A program made the position numbers and the translations under genes. Source: Centroscyllium fabricii (taxonomy: Eukaryota). Taken from it: 64,000 bases of DNA. The stretch lies in the NCBI GenBank assembly GCA_051313645.2, contig JBNRSN020000005.1:64728001-64792000 (forward strand), read 5' to 3'. Shown one piece after another: positions 47,966 to 59,084 of this stretch (its first letter is position 1; each line of letters begins with the position of its first letter). The notes beneath the pieces are model-generated. The model was not told the origin of the DNA and did no database searches. It saw only the letters and a list, made by a program, of their open reading frames with translations.

Positions 47966-48489
47966 TTAAAATTTAGTAATTAAAATTGTAGCGAAGTCGA
48001 TAACCTAATTAAAAGGCGACAAGTCGGTACCGAATAGAAGGCTTTTAATTACTAAAGAATGGAGCTACTCTCCTCACGAGTTACAATACAGGAATGAATG
48101 AACTTGGGTCAGACCACACCTATACCGGGGCCTCACCTGGGGGAGGAGTCGGGGGTGTGGCTGACCTGGTTCTCGGCAGTGTCATAACAAACAGGGCTGT
48201 GCCTAACAGTTGCACAGCCCATTATTAGCAGTGGTTATACAGTGGTAATATAGTGGTAATATAATGGTTACCACATTTTTTTATTTACCATTGCTGTTAA
48301 TGTTTACGCAGCTGCTTATATTTGTGCCCTCAGTGGTTTGGGAACAAGAATTACACTGAATTTCAGCCTATGATGTAGTTAAACTAAAAGTGCAGAGGAG
48401 TTTGTACTTATAACTTCAGCTACAGGTATTCCCAACATTCCATCACTTGATCAAAGCAATTGTCTTCAGCCCCTGCCATAACTTTGTTC

Positions 48490-48885
48490 TCTCACCAGTG
48501 ACTCTGTCCCACTCCCTGGCCACTGCCTCAGGCTGAACAAGACAGCTTGCAACCTCAGCAATCTATTCAAACACTAGTTGAGCTTCCAACCCCATATCCT
48601 CTCCATCACAAAAACTGCCTACTTTCACCTCTGTAATACCGCCTACATCCTCCCCTATCTCAGACTATCTGCTGCTGAAATCCTCATCCATTCCCTTCTC
48701 ACCTCCAGACTTGAGTATCCTGATGATCTCCTGGCCATCCTCCCCCCTCTATAAACTCCAGATCATTCAAAATTTGCTTCCCACATCCTATTCCACACCA
48801 AGTCCCGTTCACCCATCAATCCTGTCCTTGTTGATCTGCATTGGCTCCGGGTCCCCAATGCATCAAATTTAAAATTCTCATTCCT
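48490..48885 (+). mobile_element. L2 LINE fragment, degraded
   Basis: atccattcccttctcacctccagacttga...cacccatca...ctgcattggctcc...tttaaaattctc, the L2 ORF2 C-terminal motifs. Confidence 0.65.
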
Positions 48886-49575
48886 TTTTTGTAATTGTTC
48901 CTGGGATGTGGGTGTCGCTGGCAAGGCCAGCATTTATTGCCCACTCCTAGTTGCCCTTGAGAAGGTGGTGGTGAGCCACCTTCTTGAACTGTTGCAGTCC
49001 GTATGATGAAGGTGCTCCTACAGTGCTGGGGTGGGGCCCAGTCCAACACCGGCACCTCCACATCACTCCTACAGTGCTGTTAGGGAGGGAGTTCCAGGAT
49101 TTTGATTCAGCGACGATGAAGGAGCGGCAATATATTTCCAAGAAGGATGGTGTGTGACTTGGAGGGGAACTTGGAGGTGATGATGTTCCCATGCACCTGC
49201 TGCCCTTGTCCTTCTAGGTGGAAGAGGTCATAGGTTTGGGAGGTGCTGCCAAAGAAGCTTTGCCAAGTTGCTGCAGTGCATCTTGTAGATAGTACACACT
49301 GCAGCCATGGTACGCCGGTGGTGGAGGGCGTGAATGTTTAACGTGGTGGATGGGGTGCCAATCAAAAGGGCTGCTTTGTCCTGGATGGTGTCGACCTTCT
49401 TGAGTGTTGTTGGAGCTGCACTTATCCAGGCAAGTGGAGAGTATTCCATCACACTCCTGACTTGTGCCTTGCAGATGGTGGAAAGGGTTTGGGGAGTCAG
49501 GAGGTGAGACACTCGCCACAGAATACCCAGTCTCTGACCTGCTCTTGTAGCCACATTATTTGTGACTGGTCCAGT
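48885..49575 (-). mobile_element. CR1/L2-group LINE 3' fragment
   Basis: KAQVRSVMEYSPLAW...LHHRR; same family as 37372-38124. Confidence 0.75.
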
Positions 49576-50008
49576 GTTTCAATTCTTTTATATATGAATA
49601 TTTCTTTCTGTTTAAATTCCTCTGTAGGCATTCACAATCCCTAACTCTGTAACCTATAACCCCTTCTCAAACTCTCCATTCCTTTGGCATCTTCTGCTTC
49701 TTCCCTCCTTTCAGTAATATTCTGTGTGAGCACAGACCATTAGACTTCCAGACACTGCATGAATTCTTCGCTAACATAAGAAATAGGAGCAGGAATAGGC
49801 CACTTGGCCCCTCAAGCCTGCTCCGCCATTCAATAAGATCATGGCTGATCTTGGGCTCAAAGCCAATTCCCCACCTGCTCCCCATAACCCTTCACTCCCT
49901 TATCTTGCAAAAATTTGTCTATCTCCACCTTAAATGTATTTAATGACCCAGCTTCCACAGCTCTCTGGGGCAGAGAATTCCAGAGATTTACGACCCTCTG
50001 AGAGAAGT

Positions 50009-51179
50009 GTATTTGGATTTTCAGAAGGCCTTCGATAAGGTCCCACACAAGAGGTTGGTGAACAAAATTAGGGCACATGGAATTGCGGGTAATATACTAG
50101 CAAAGATTGAGAATTGGTTAACAGACAGAAAACAAAGAGTAGGGATAAACGGGTCTTTTTCATGATGGCAGACTGTGACTAGTGGGGTACCGCAAGGATT
50201 GGTGCTTGGGCCCCAGCTATTCACAATCTGTATCAATGATTCGAATGAGGGGGCTAAAGTTAACATTTCCAAATATGCTGATGACACAAAGCTAGGTGGC
50301 AGTGTCAGTTGTGAAGAGGATGTGAAGTGGCTTCAAGGGGACCTCGACAGGCTCAGTGAGTGGGCGAGAACATGGCAGATGGAATATAATGTGGATAAAT
50401 TGAAGTTGTCCACTGTGGTAGAAAAAACAGAAAGGCAGAGTATTTCCTAAATGGTGAAAGATTGGGGAATGCAGATGCTCAAAGGGACCTGAGTGTTTTT
50501 GTACATGAGGTTCAGCCAACCATTAGGATGGCAAATGTAATGCTGGCCTTCATTACAAGAGGATTTGAGCACAGGAGTAAAACAGTCTTACTCCAATTAT
50601 ATAGGGCCTTGGTGAGACCACATCTGGAGCACTCGGTACAATTTTGGGCTCCTTACCTAAGGAACGATATACGTGCCATAGAGGGAGTGCAACGAAGGTT
50701 CACGAGATTGATTCCTGGGATGGCGGGACTGTTGTATGAGAAGAGATTGAGTAGACTAGGCCTGTATTCTTTTGAATTCAGAAGAATTAGAGGGGAGCTC
50801 ATTGAAGCATAGAAAATTATTACAGGGCTTGATAGTGTGGATGCTGGGAGAATGTTTCCCTTGGCTGGGGAGACTAGAACCATGGACCACAGCCTCAGGA
50901 TAAAGGGTCGGCCATTCAGGACTGAAATGGGAAGAAATTTCTTCACACAGAGGGTAGTGAATCTTTGGAATTCTCTACACCAGAGGGCTGTGGAAGCTCA
51001 GTCATTGGGCATATTCAAAACAGAAGTTGATAGATTTCTGACTAGTAAAGGAATCAAGGGATATGGCGATAGGGCCAGTGAATGGAATTGAGGCAGAAGA
51101 TCAACCATGATCTCATTGAATGGTGGAGCAGACTCGAAGGGCCAAATGGCCTACTCCTGCTCCTATTTCTTATGTTCTT
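50009..51179 (+). mobile_element. CR1 LINE 3' fragment nested antisense in the long CR1
   Basis: GVPQG, YADD, RNFFTQRVV, 3' UTR; flanked by agaag on both sides. Confidence 0.85.
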
Positions 51180-51455
51180 AGAAGAAATTCCTCCTCATCT
51201 CAGTTCTGAAAGGGCGACCCTTTACTCTAAAACTGTGTCCCCGCATTCTAGAGTTCCCCACGAGGGGAAACATCCTCTCTGCATCTACCTTGTCAAGCCC
51301 CCTCAGTATCTTATATGTTTCAATAAGATCACCTCTCATTCTTCTAAATTCCAATGAGTATAAGCCCAGCCTGCTCAACCTTTCCTCATAAGTTAACCCC
51401 CTCAGCTCTGGAATTAACCTAGTAAATCGTCTCTGAACTGCCTCCAATGCAAGTA

Positions 51456-52126
51456 CAGGTTGTGCACCGAAAATCCGTGTCCCGAAAAGCCGGCAGCTTC
51501 AGTCTGCCGGCACAAATTGCGCCAACTGCACTGCGCATGCGCAAGATGGCAGCCGCCATCGTGGCTTCGGCGAATGATCTGCGCATGCGCCGAGCGCATG
51601 CGCAGATCATTCAAAACGGCTGCCGGGTGTTTTGAATGATCTGTGCATGCGTCGCCGGACGGCTAGCGCATGCGCAGATAATTCAATACGGCCGCCGGTT
51701 ATTTTCTCGACAGCTGAGCCCCGTGACTGAGGCGGACAGTCACCAGGCAGCAGCTGTCAGCCTGAGTCCGGCACGGCGGCAGCAGCAACCCGAAAGGCGA
51801 TGGAGAGGGAAGGCGGACCTACTGGGCCCGACCCGCGCCCGCACAACCCTCCTTCCCCCCCCTGCAAGACCGGCCTTTCACTGCTGCCCGACAGCCCTAA
51901 AAGGCAAACGGAACGCCACACAAGCCTGAGCCCCTCAAAAAACTTCGCGGCGGCCATTATTGGTTGATCTGCGCATGCGCGCGCCAGCCAATCCCAATGT
52001 TGTGCGCATGCGCGTGGCCATTTTGAATGGTGCGCATGCGCAGTGTCCAACTTCGTTCTCCCGTTTTTTTCAGTTTCCCGGCACGGGCCTGGTCCCGCCC
52101 GTGGCGGATTAATGGTGCACAACCTG
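51456..52126. mobile_element. Tc1/mariner (Tigger-like) MITE, CpG-rich
   Basis: TA TSD; TIR caggttgtgcacc ... ggtgcacaacctg. Confidence 0.82.
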
Positions 52127-53243
52127 TATATCCTTCCTTAAATAAGGAGACCAAAACTGTATGCAGTACTTAAGGTGTGGTCTCACCAATACCCTGTACA
52201 GTTGTAGCAGGACTTCCCTGCTTTTATACTCCAACCCGTTTGAAATAAAGGCCAATATTTCATTTGCCTTTTTTATTACTTGCTGTACCTGCATGCTAAC
52301 TTTTTGTGTTTCATGCACAAGGATCCCGAGGTCCCTCTGAACTGCAGCATTTTGTAATCTCTCTCCATTTAAATAATAATTAGTATTTTTATTTTTCCTG
52401 CCAAAGTGTATTACCTCACACTTTCCCATATTATACTCCACCTGCCAAATGTTTGCCCACTCACTTAGCCTGTCTATATCCCTTTGCAGGTTCTTTGAGT
52501 CCTCTGCACAACATGCTTTCCCACCCATCTTTGTATCATCCGCAAACTTGGCTACATTAGACTCGGTCCTTTTATCCAAGTCATTAATGTAGATTGTAAA
52601 TAGTTGAGGCCCCCAGCACCGATCCCTGTGGCACCCCACTGGTTACCATTTACCAACCGGAAAATGACCCATTTATCCTGATGCTCCGCTTTCTGTTAGT
52701 TAGCCAATTCTCTATCCATGCTAATATATTACCCCCAATCCTGTGAGCTCTTATCTTCTGCATTAACCTTTTATGTGTGACCTTATCGAATGCCTTCTGG
52801 AAATCCAAATACACCACATCCACTGGTTCATCTTTGTCCACCCTGCTCGTTACCTCCTCAAAGAACTCCAGCAAGTTTGTTAAACATGATTTCCCTTTCA
52901 TAAAACCATGCTGACTCTGCTTGACAGCACTATGATTTTCCAAATGCCCTGCTACTGCTTCCTTAATGAAGGACTCCACCATTTTCCCAATGACAGATGT
53001 TAGGCTAACTGGTCTATAGTTTCCTGCTTTCTGTCTCCCTCCTTTCTTAAATAGGGGTGTTACATTTGCGGTTTTCCAATCTGCTGGGACCTCTCCAGAT
53101 TCCAGGGAATTGTGGTATATTGCAACCAATGCATCCACTATCTCTGCAACCACTTCTTTTAAGACCCTGGGATGCAGGTCATCTGGTCCAGGGGACTTGT
53201 CATCTTTTAGTCCCATTATTTTACCAATTACTATTTCCTTAGT

Positions 53244-53453
53244 CATGATGTGGAGGTGCCGGTGTTGGACTGGGGTGGACAAATGTAAGAAGTTACACAA
53301 CACCAGGTTATGGTCCAACAGTTTTATTTGAAATCACAAGCTTTGGGAGCGTTGCTCCTTCATCCTATACCTGATGAAGGAGCAACGCTCCGAAAGCTTG
53401 TGATTTCAAATAATATTGTTGGACTATAACCTGGTGTTGTGTGACTTCTTACA
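53244..53453. mobile_element. Palindromic Penelope-like insertion (inverted pLTR ends)
   Basis: 12-bp TSD TATTTCCTTAGT; ~80-bp inverted arms. Confidence 0.8.
53368..53403 (+). ncRNA. Minimal hammerhead ribozyme-like motif
   Basis: CUGAUGA-a-GGAGC-aac-GCUCC-GAAA-GC-UU-GUG. Confidence 0.5.
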
Positions 53454-53620
53454 TATTTCCTTAGTGATAGTGATTATCTTTAGTGCCCTGTGGCCCCTTG
53501 ATTAACCATTATTGGGATGATGTTAGTGTCTTTCTACCGTGAAGACAGATACAAAATATTTGTCAGAGTCTCTGCCATTTCCCCATTCCCCATTATTAAT
53601 TCCCCAGTCTCAACCTCTAA

Positions 53621-54351
53621 TGCCCCAGTTTCACTGGAGGCTACGAATTGCCGAATCGTGCCGATTGTGAAATTTGGCCGATTCGTGGGTAATTCTTGCG
53701 ATTCGTAGTGGATTCGTAGTGGATTCGTAGTGGATTCGTAGCGGATTCATAGCGGATTCGTAGAGTTCGCGGAAGTTCGCGGGATTTCCTTGAGGTTTCA
53801 AGAAAGTTTTTGTTTGTCAAAAAATTTCGTGGGAGGGTTCACGAATGCCCAATTCGTGATAGATTCCTAAACAATTCTTGACCCTTTCTTACCATTCTTA
53901 ACCCTTTCTTACCGTTCGTAACTGATTCGTAGTGGATTCCTAGTGCATTCTTGCCTATTCTTGGGCATTCTTGATTTTTTCAAATTCGTGGAAAAACGCC
54001 GAATTCATCACGAATGTCCACGAATGTCCACGAATGTCCACGAAAGCATTACGAATGCACTACGAATGCAATTCGTAGATAATTCGTAGCTAATTCGTAG
54101 AATTCGTAACTAAATCGTGGAGGTCGTAGTGGATTCGTTAATTAATTCTTCATATTCGTGAGTGATTCGTACCTCATTCCTACAATAATTCATGATAGAT
54201 TCGTAACCTTGTCCAGAATCGCCAAGAATTCACCAAGAATCGCCAAGAATCAACCAAGAATTTTCGCATTTTTTGCAGAATCGCCAAGAATTTCGATTCT
54301 TGACGATTCTTGATATTCTTGACATTCTTAGCCTCCAGTGAAACTGGGGCA
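53621..54351. mobile_element. PIF/Harbinger-like MITE with decamer-repeat interior, copy 2
   Basis: 23-bp TIR TGCCCCAGTTTCACTGGAGGCTA, TAA TSD. Confidence 0.85.
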
Positions 54352-54739
54352 TAAGGGACTAATATTTACTTTAGCTACTCTCTTCCTTTTTATATACCTG
54401 TAGAAGCTGTTACTATCTGTTTTAATGTTTCTTGCCAGTTTACTCTCTGACGTATCGTCAAGATCTTCAATTAAAAGAGTCGACGCGTAGTTACCGAAAC
54501 TAAAGGCTTTTAATTACTAAAGAACGGAGCTACTCTCCTCATGAGTTACTATACAGGAATGGAAGGAGCCTTGGTCAGACCACACCTATACCGGGGCCTC
54601 ACCTGGGGGAGGAGTCGGGGGTGTGGCTGACTTGGTTCCCGGCAGTGTCATAGCAAACAGGGCTGTGCCTAACACTTGCACAGCCCATCATTAGCAATGG
54701 CTATACAGTGGTAATACAGTGGAAAGATGGTTACCACAT

Positions 54740-57200
54740 TCACCCCTTCTTAAAAACTTTGAGTCCGGGGGGGGGTGAATGGATGGAACAGTTCATAATT
54801 AGTCTGTCCGGCGGTCGTGTCTGCCTGGCGGACCGCCGGAGCTCCGGTGTTGGTGGTGATGCCTCCATGGTCGAATAGCCCGCATCTGTCGGCGGTGTGG
54901 CTTCTGGCTGCGGTGGGCTCGGCTGGGCCCCGGCGTCCGGGACGAAGTCGGGGAAACTCGGGGGCAAACTTGTGTCAGGTGGTTGGTCGACCTGCTGGCC
55001 AGCAGGAGGCGCTGTGGTGGTGTTTCCGGCCGGGGCCAGGTCCCTGATGGACACGGTGTCCTCATGCCCGTCTGGGAACTGCACAAAGGCGTAGTGCGGG
55101 TTGGCGTGTAGGAGCTGTACCTTGTCCACTAGGGGGTCCGTCTTGTGGTTCCGGATGTGCCTTTTAAGGAAAACCGGCCCCGGCGTCGTCAGCCATGGAG
55201 GGAGTGCCGTCCCCGAAGTCGACCTCCTGTTAAACGAGAAAATAAGATCGTGCGGGGTGGCGTTAGTAGCAGTACATAACAGTGATCTGATAGAGTGCAG
55301 CGCATCTGGGAGGACTGCCTGCCAATGGGACACTGGAAGGCCTCTGGACTTGAGAGCCAGGGTGACCGCCTTCCAGACGATCCCATTCTCCCTTTCTACC
55401 TGGCCGTTCCCCTGGGGGTTGTAACTGGTCGTTCTGCTCGTGGCAACCCCTTTCTGGAGCAGAAACTGGCGCAGTTCATCGCTCATGAACGATGACCCCC
55501 GGTCGCTATGGATGTAGCTGGGGAGACCGAAGATGGCGAACAGCGTGGTGAAGTGTTTTATCACCGTTGCGCTCGTCATATCTGGGCAGGGGAAGGCGAA
55601 GGGGAAGCGGGAGAACTCATCCACTACCGTGAGGAAGTATGAGTTGCGGTCGGTGGAAGGAAGGGGGCCTTTGAAGTCCACGCTGAGACGTTCAAAGGGG
55701 CGGGTGGCCTTGATGAGGTGCGCCGTGTCTGGCCGGAAAAAGTGGGGTTTGCACTCGGCGCAGACAGGGCACTCTTGGGTCATAGCCTTGATCTCCGTGA
55801 TGGAGTAGGGGAGGCTACGGGATTTGACGAAATGGGCGAGTCTGGTGACACCCGGGTGGCAAAGGCGGTCGTGGAGGTCCTTCAGCCGGTCTAGCTGGGC
55901 ACTGGCGCACGTTCCCCTGGACAGTGCGTCCGGGGGTTCGTTGAGTTTGCCTGGTCGGTAAAGAATGTCGTACTCGTAAATCGAGAGTTCGATCCGCCAC
56001 CGCAGGATCTTATCATTCTTGATTTTACCCCGTAGTTTATTGTTAAACATAAACGCCACCGACCGTTGGTCGGTGAGCAGGGTAAAACGCTTACCGGCCA
56101 GGTAACGACGCCAGTAGCGCACGGCCTCCACGATGGCCTGGGCCTCCTTTTCCACTGCTGAGTGGCGAGTTTCGGGTCCCTGTAAGGTGCGGGAGAAAAA
56201 CGCTACGGGCCTGCCTGCCAGATTCAGGGTGGCAGCAAGGGCAAAGTCCGAAGCGTCGCTCTCCACCTGTAAAGGGATAGATTCATCAACAGCGAGCATG
56301 GTCGCCTTGATAATATCTTCCTTTATCCTTGCGAATGCCGTTTGGGCTTCTACAGAAAGGGGGAAGACGGCAGCCTTGAGGAGTGGTCTAGCCTTATCTG
56401 CGAACTGTGGGACCCATTGTGCATAATAGGAGAAAAATCCTAGGCAACTCCTCAAGGCTTTGGGGTTGTGAGGTAGGGGCAGTTCTAGCAGGGGTCGCAT
56501 ACACTGTGGGTCGGGGCCGAGGACCCCGTTCTCCACCACATATCCGAGGATGGTGAGCCGGTCTGTATTAAAGACACATTTGTCTTTGTTATACGTAAGG
56601 TCCAGCTTAGCCGCCGTGTCGAGGAATTTGGCCAGATTGGCATCGTGGTCCTGCTGGTCGTGGCCGCAGATGGTCACGTTGTCCAGGTAGGGGAAAGTGG
56701 CCTGCAAGTCATTTTGGTCAACCATACGGTCCATCTCCCGTTGGAACACGGACACTCCGTTGGTCACGCCAAAGGGGACCCGGAGGAAGTGGTAAAGCCG
56801 ACCGTTTGCCTCGAAGGCGGTGTAGGGGCGGTCAGCTTTCCGAATCGGGAGCTGGTGATACGCCGATTTAAGGTCGATCGTGGAGAACACCTTGTACTGG
56901 GCGATCTGATTGACCATTTCCGAGATGCGGGGAATGGGGTAGGCGTCGAGCCCGGTGTAGCGGTTGATAGTCTGGCTGTAATCGATAACCAGCCGCTGTT
57001 TCTCCCCAAACTTCACCACTACAACTTGGGCGCGCCAGGGGCTGGTGCTGGCTTCAATAATCCCCTCCTTCAGCATCCGCCCGACCTCCGACCTGATAAA
57101 CGTGCGATCCCCCTCACTGTACCGCCGACTCTTAGTGGCGATAGGTTTGCACTTTGGATCGAGGTTGGCGAACAGCGAGGGGGGATCGATTTTCAGGGTG
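54740..57200 (-). CDS. pol (RT, RNase H, integrase) of element B
   Basis: Open frame, highly similar to element A pol. Confidence 0.9.
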
Positions 57201-59084
57201 GAGGCCGCAGGCCGGGGTCCGCTTTGGGGGGGGATTGTCCCGGCTACCGAGGGTGAGGGGGGGCAAGGTCCCGCCGAACTCCATTGTCACACTCCTGAAG
57301 TGGCACTGGAAGTCCAAACCTAGTAAGGCTGGGGCACACAACTGTTTGAGGGTATACAATTTAAAATTACGGTACACGCGTCCCTGGACGGTGAGCGTGG
57401 CGGAGCAGTAGCTGGTGACGTCCGCGGTGTGGGACTTTGAAACTAGTGAGATTTGGTAGTTGGTGGGCAGGACCTGCAGTCCGCAGCGCCACACTGTATC
57501 GGGGTGAATAAAGCTCTCAGTACTGCCCGTGTCAAAAAGGCAGTTGACAGTATGATTGTTAACGCCAATCGGTCTTATTGAGTTAGACAGGTGATGGGGC
57601 CTGTTTTGGTTAACTCTGGTTCCGGTTGCAGCAGCCCCTGCTGATTGGGACTGTGCACAAAATGGCGCCGCCCCTGGCTCGCACATGGAGGGGCCCTGGA
57701 TGCAAGATGGCGTCGCCCCTGGCCCGCAGCTGGTGGGACCCCGTATAAAAGATGGCGCCGCCCCTGGCTCGCACATAGGGGGGCCCTGGATGCAAGATGG
57801 CACCGCCCCTGGCCCGCAGCTGGTGGGACCCTGTACAAAAGATGGCGCCGTCCTTGGCTCGCACATGGAGGGGCCCTGGTTGTGGAATGGTGTTACTGGG
57901 GGGCCCTGTGAACGCGCTGGCGGCGCCCGTGATTCGCACGCAGCGAACCGCGGTGAACGCGCTGGCGGCGCCCGTGATTCGCACGCAGCGAACCGCAGTG
58001 AACGCATTGGCGGTGCCCGTGATTCGCACGCAGCGAACCGCGGTGGGTGGGTTGGCGGTGCCCGTGATTCGCACGCAGCGAACCGCGGTGATCGGGTTGG
58101 TGGTGCCCGTGGTTCGCACGCAGCCGGCCGCGTTGGGGGGTTGCGCTTGGCCGGTCGCCGCTGCATCGGGGTGGGGGATGGGGGAGCTTGTTGATTACCT
58201 CGGGACCGTCGCTGAATCGCGCTGTTAATGCAGCTTACCTGATCTCTGTCGATCTCACAGGCTGCACTGTTGTACCTTCTATTAGAAGCTGCTGGAGACG
58301 CTGCTGGAGACGCTGCTGGAGCAGATTTGCAAACCTTAGCGTAGTGTCCCTTCTTTGTGCATTTCTCACAGGTCGCTGTCCTGGCTGGGCATTTTGATCT
58401 AGGATGCAGTCCCTGGCCACAGAAGTAACAGCGCTTCCTTTTAACATCTTCAGTGGCCGTCGCGGCCATCGTGGGGGTCTCGACCAGTGGCGCCCAGGCC
58501 TGGGCCTGTTGTGGCATGGCCCATATGTTGTAGGCTTGCGGGTTAGTGCCGCTGTACGCCTGTAACTTTCTGCGGGCCCCCTCTACTGATTTGGCTAACT
58601 TGGTTGCCTCATCGAGGGTTAGATCGTCTCTTTCTAATAGCCGCTGGCGGGCTTCCACACACATTAGTCCTGTTACATAAGCGTCCCGAACGAGGAGTTC
58701 TTCCTCCTCTGCAATAGTCGTGCCTTTGCAGCCACAGGCCCGTACCAGGGCTAGGAGCGCTTGCTCAAAGTCTTCGTTCGACTCACCCGGTAGTTGAGAT
58801 CTGGTCGCTAGCACATGTCGGGCGTAGACCGAGTGGACCGGGCGCACGTAGCATTTCTTTAAAATCTTAACGGTCGCTTCGTAGGTTGTGGCATTCTTGA
58901 CAAGGGTGAATACTCTGCTGGAGATCCTAGATCGCAGGACATGTCGCATGTCTTTGTCTGCTAAAGCCTCGGCGGCTTCCATGTAGGCCTCCAGTAGGCC
59001 GAACCAGTGTTCGAAAGTGGTCGGAGCAGCAGGGTCCTGGGGGCTGATGTCCAGCTTCTCAGGCTTCACGTTGTAGCTATCCAT
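57132..59084 (-). CDS. gag-protease of element B
   Basis: Two zinc knuckles, tandem repeats, FDTGS protease. Confidence 0.88.
   Translation of the reverse strand: MDSYNVKPEKLDISPQDPAAPTTFEHWFGLLEAYMEAAEALADKDMRHVLRSRISSRVFTLVKNATTYEATVKILKKCYVRPVHSVYARHVLATRSQLPGESNEDFEQALLALVRACGCKGTTIAEEEELLVRDAYVTGLMCVEARQRLLERDDLTLDEATKLAKSVEGARRKLQAYSGTNPQAYNIWAMPQQAQAWAPLVETPTMAATATEDVKRKRCYFCGQGLHPRSKCPARTATCEKCTKKGHYAKVCKSAPAASPAASPAASNRRYNSAACEIDRDQVSCINSAIQRRSRGNQQAPPSPTPMQRRPAKRNPPTRPAACEPRAPPTRSPRFAACESRAPPTHPPRFAACESRAPPMRSLRFAACESRAPPARSPRFAACESRAPPARSQGPPVTPFHNQGPSMCEPRTAPSFVQGPTSCGPGAVPSCIQGPPMCEPGAAPSFIRGPTSCGPGATPSCIQGPSMCEPGAAPFCAQSQSAGAAATGTRVNQNRPHHLSNSIRPIGVNNHTVNCLFDTGSTESFIHPDTVWRCGLQVLPTNYQISLVSKSHTADVTSYCSATLTVQGRVYRNFKLYTLKQLCAPALLGLDFQCHFRSVTMEFGGTLPPLTLGSRDNPPPKRTPACGLHPENRSPLAVRQPRSKVQTYRH

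Larger units (their letters stand above)
43376..48275 (-). mobile_element. Ty3/Gypsy LTR retrotransposon, full length, young (element A)
   Basis: 289-bp LTRs (43376-43664, 47987-48275; 2 mismatches), TSD TTTTT, PPT aagaaggggtgaa. Confidence 0.95.
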
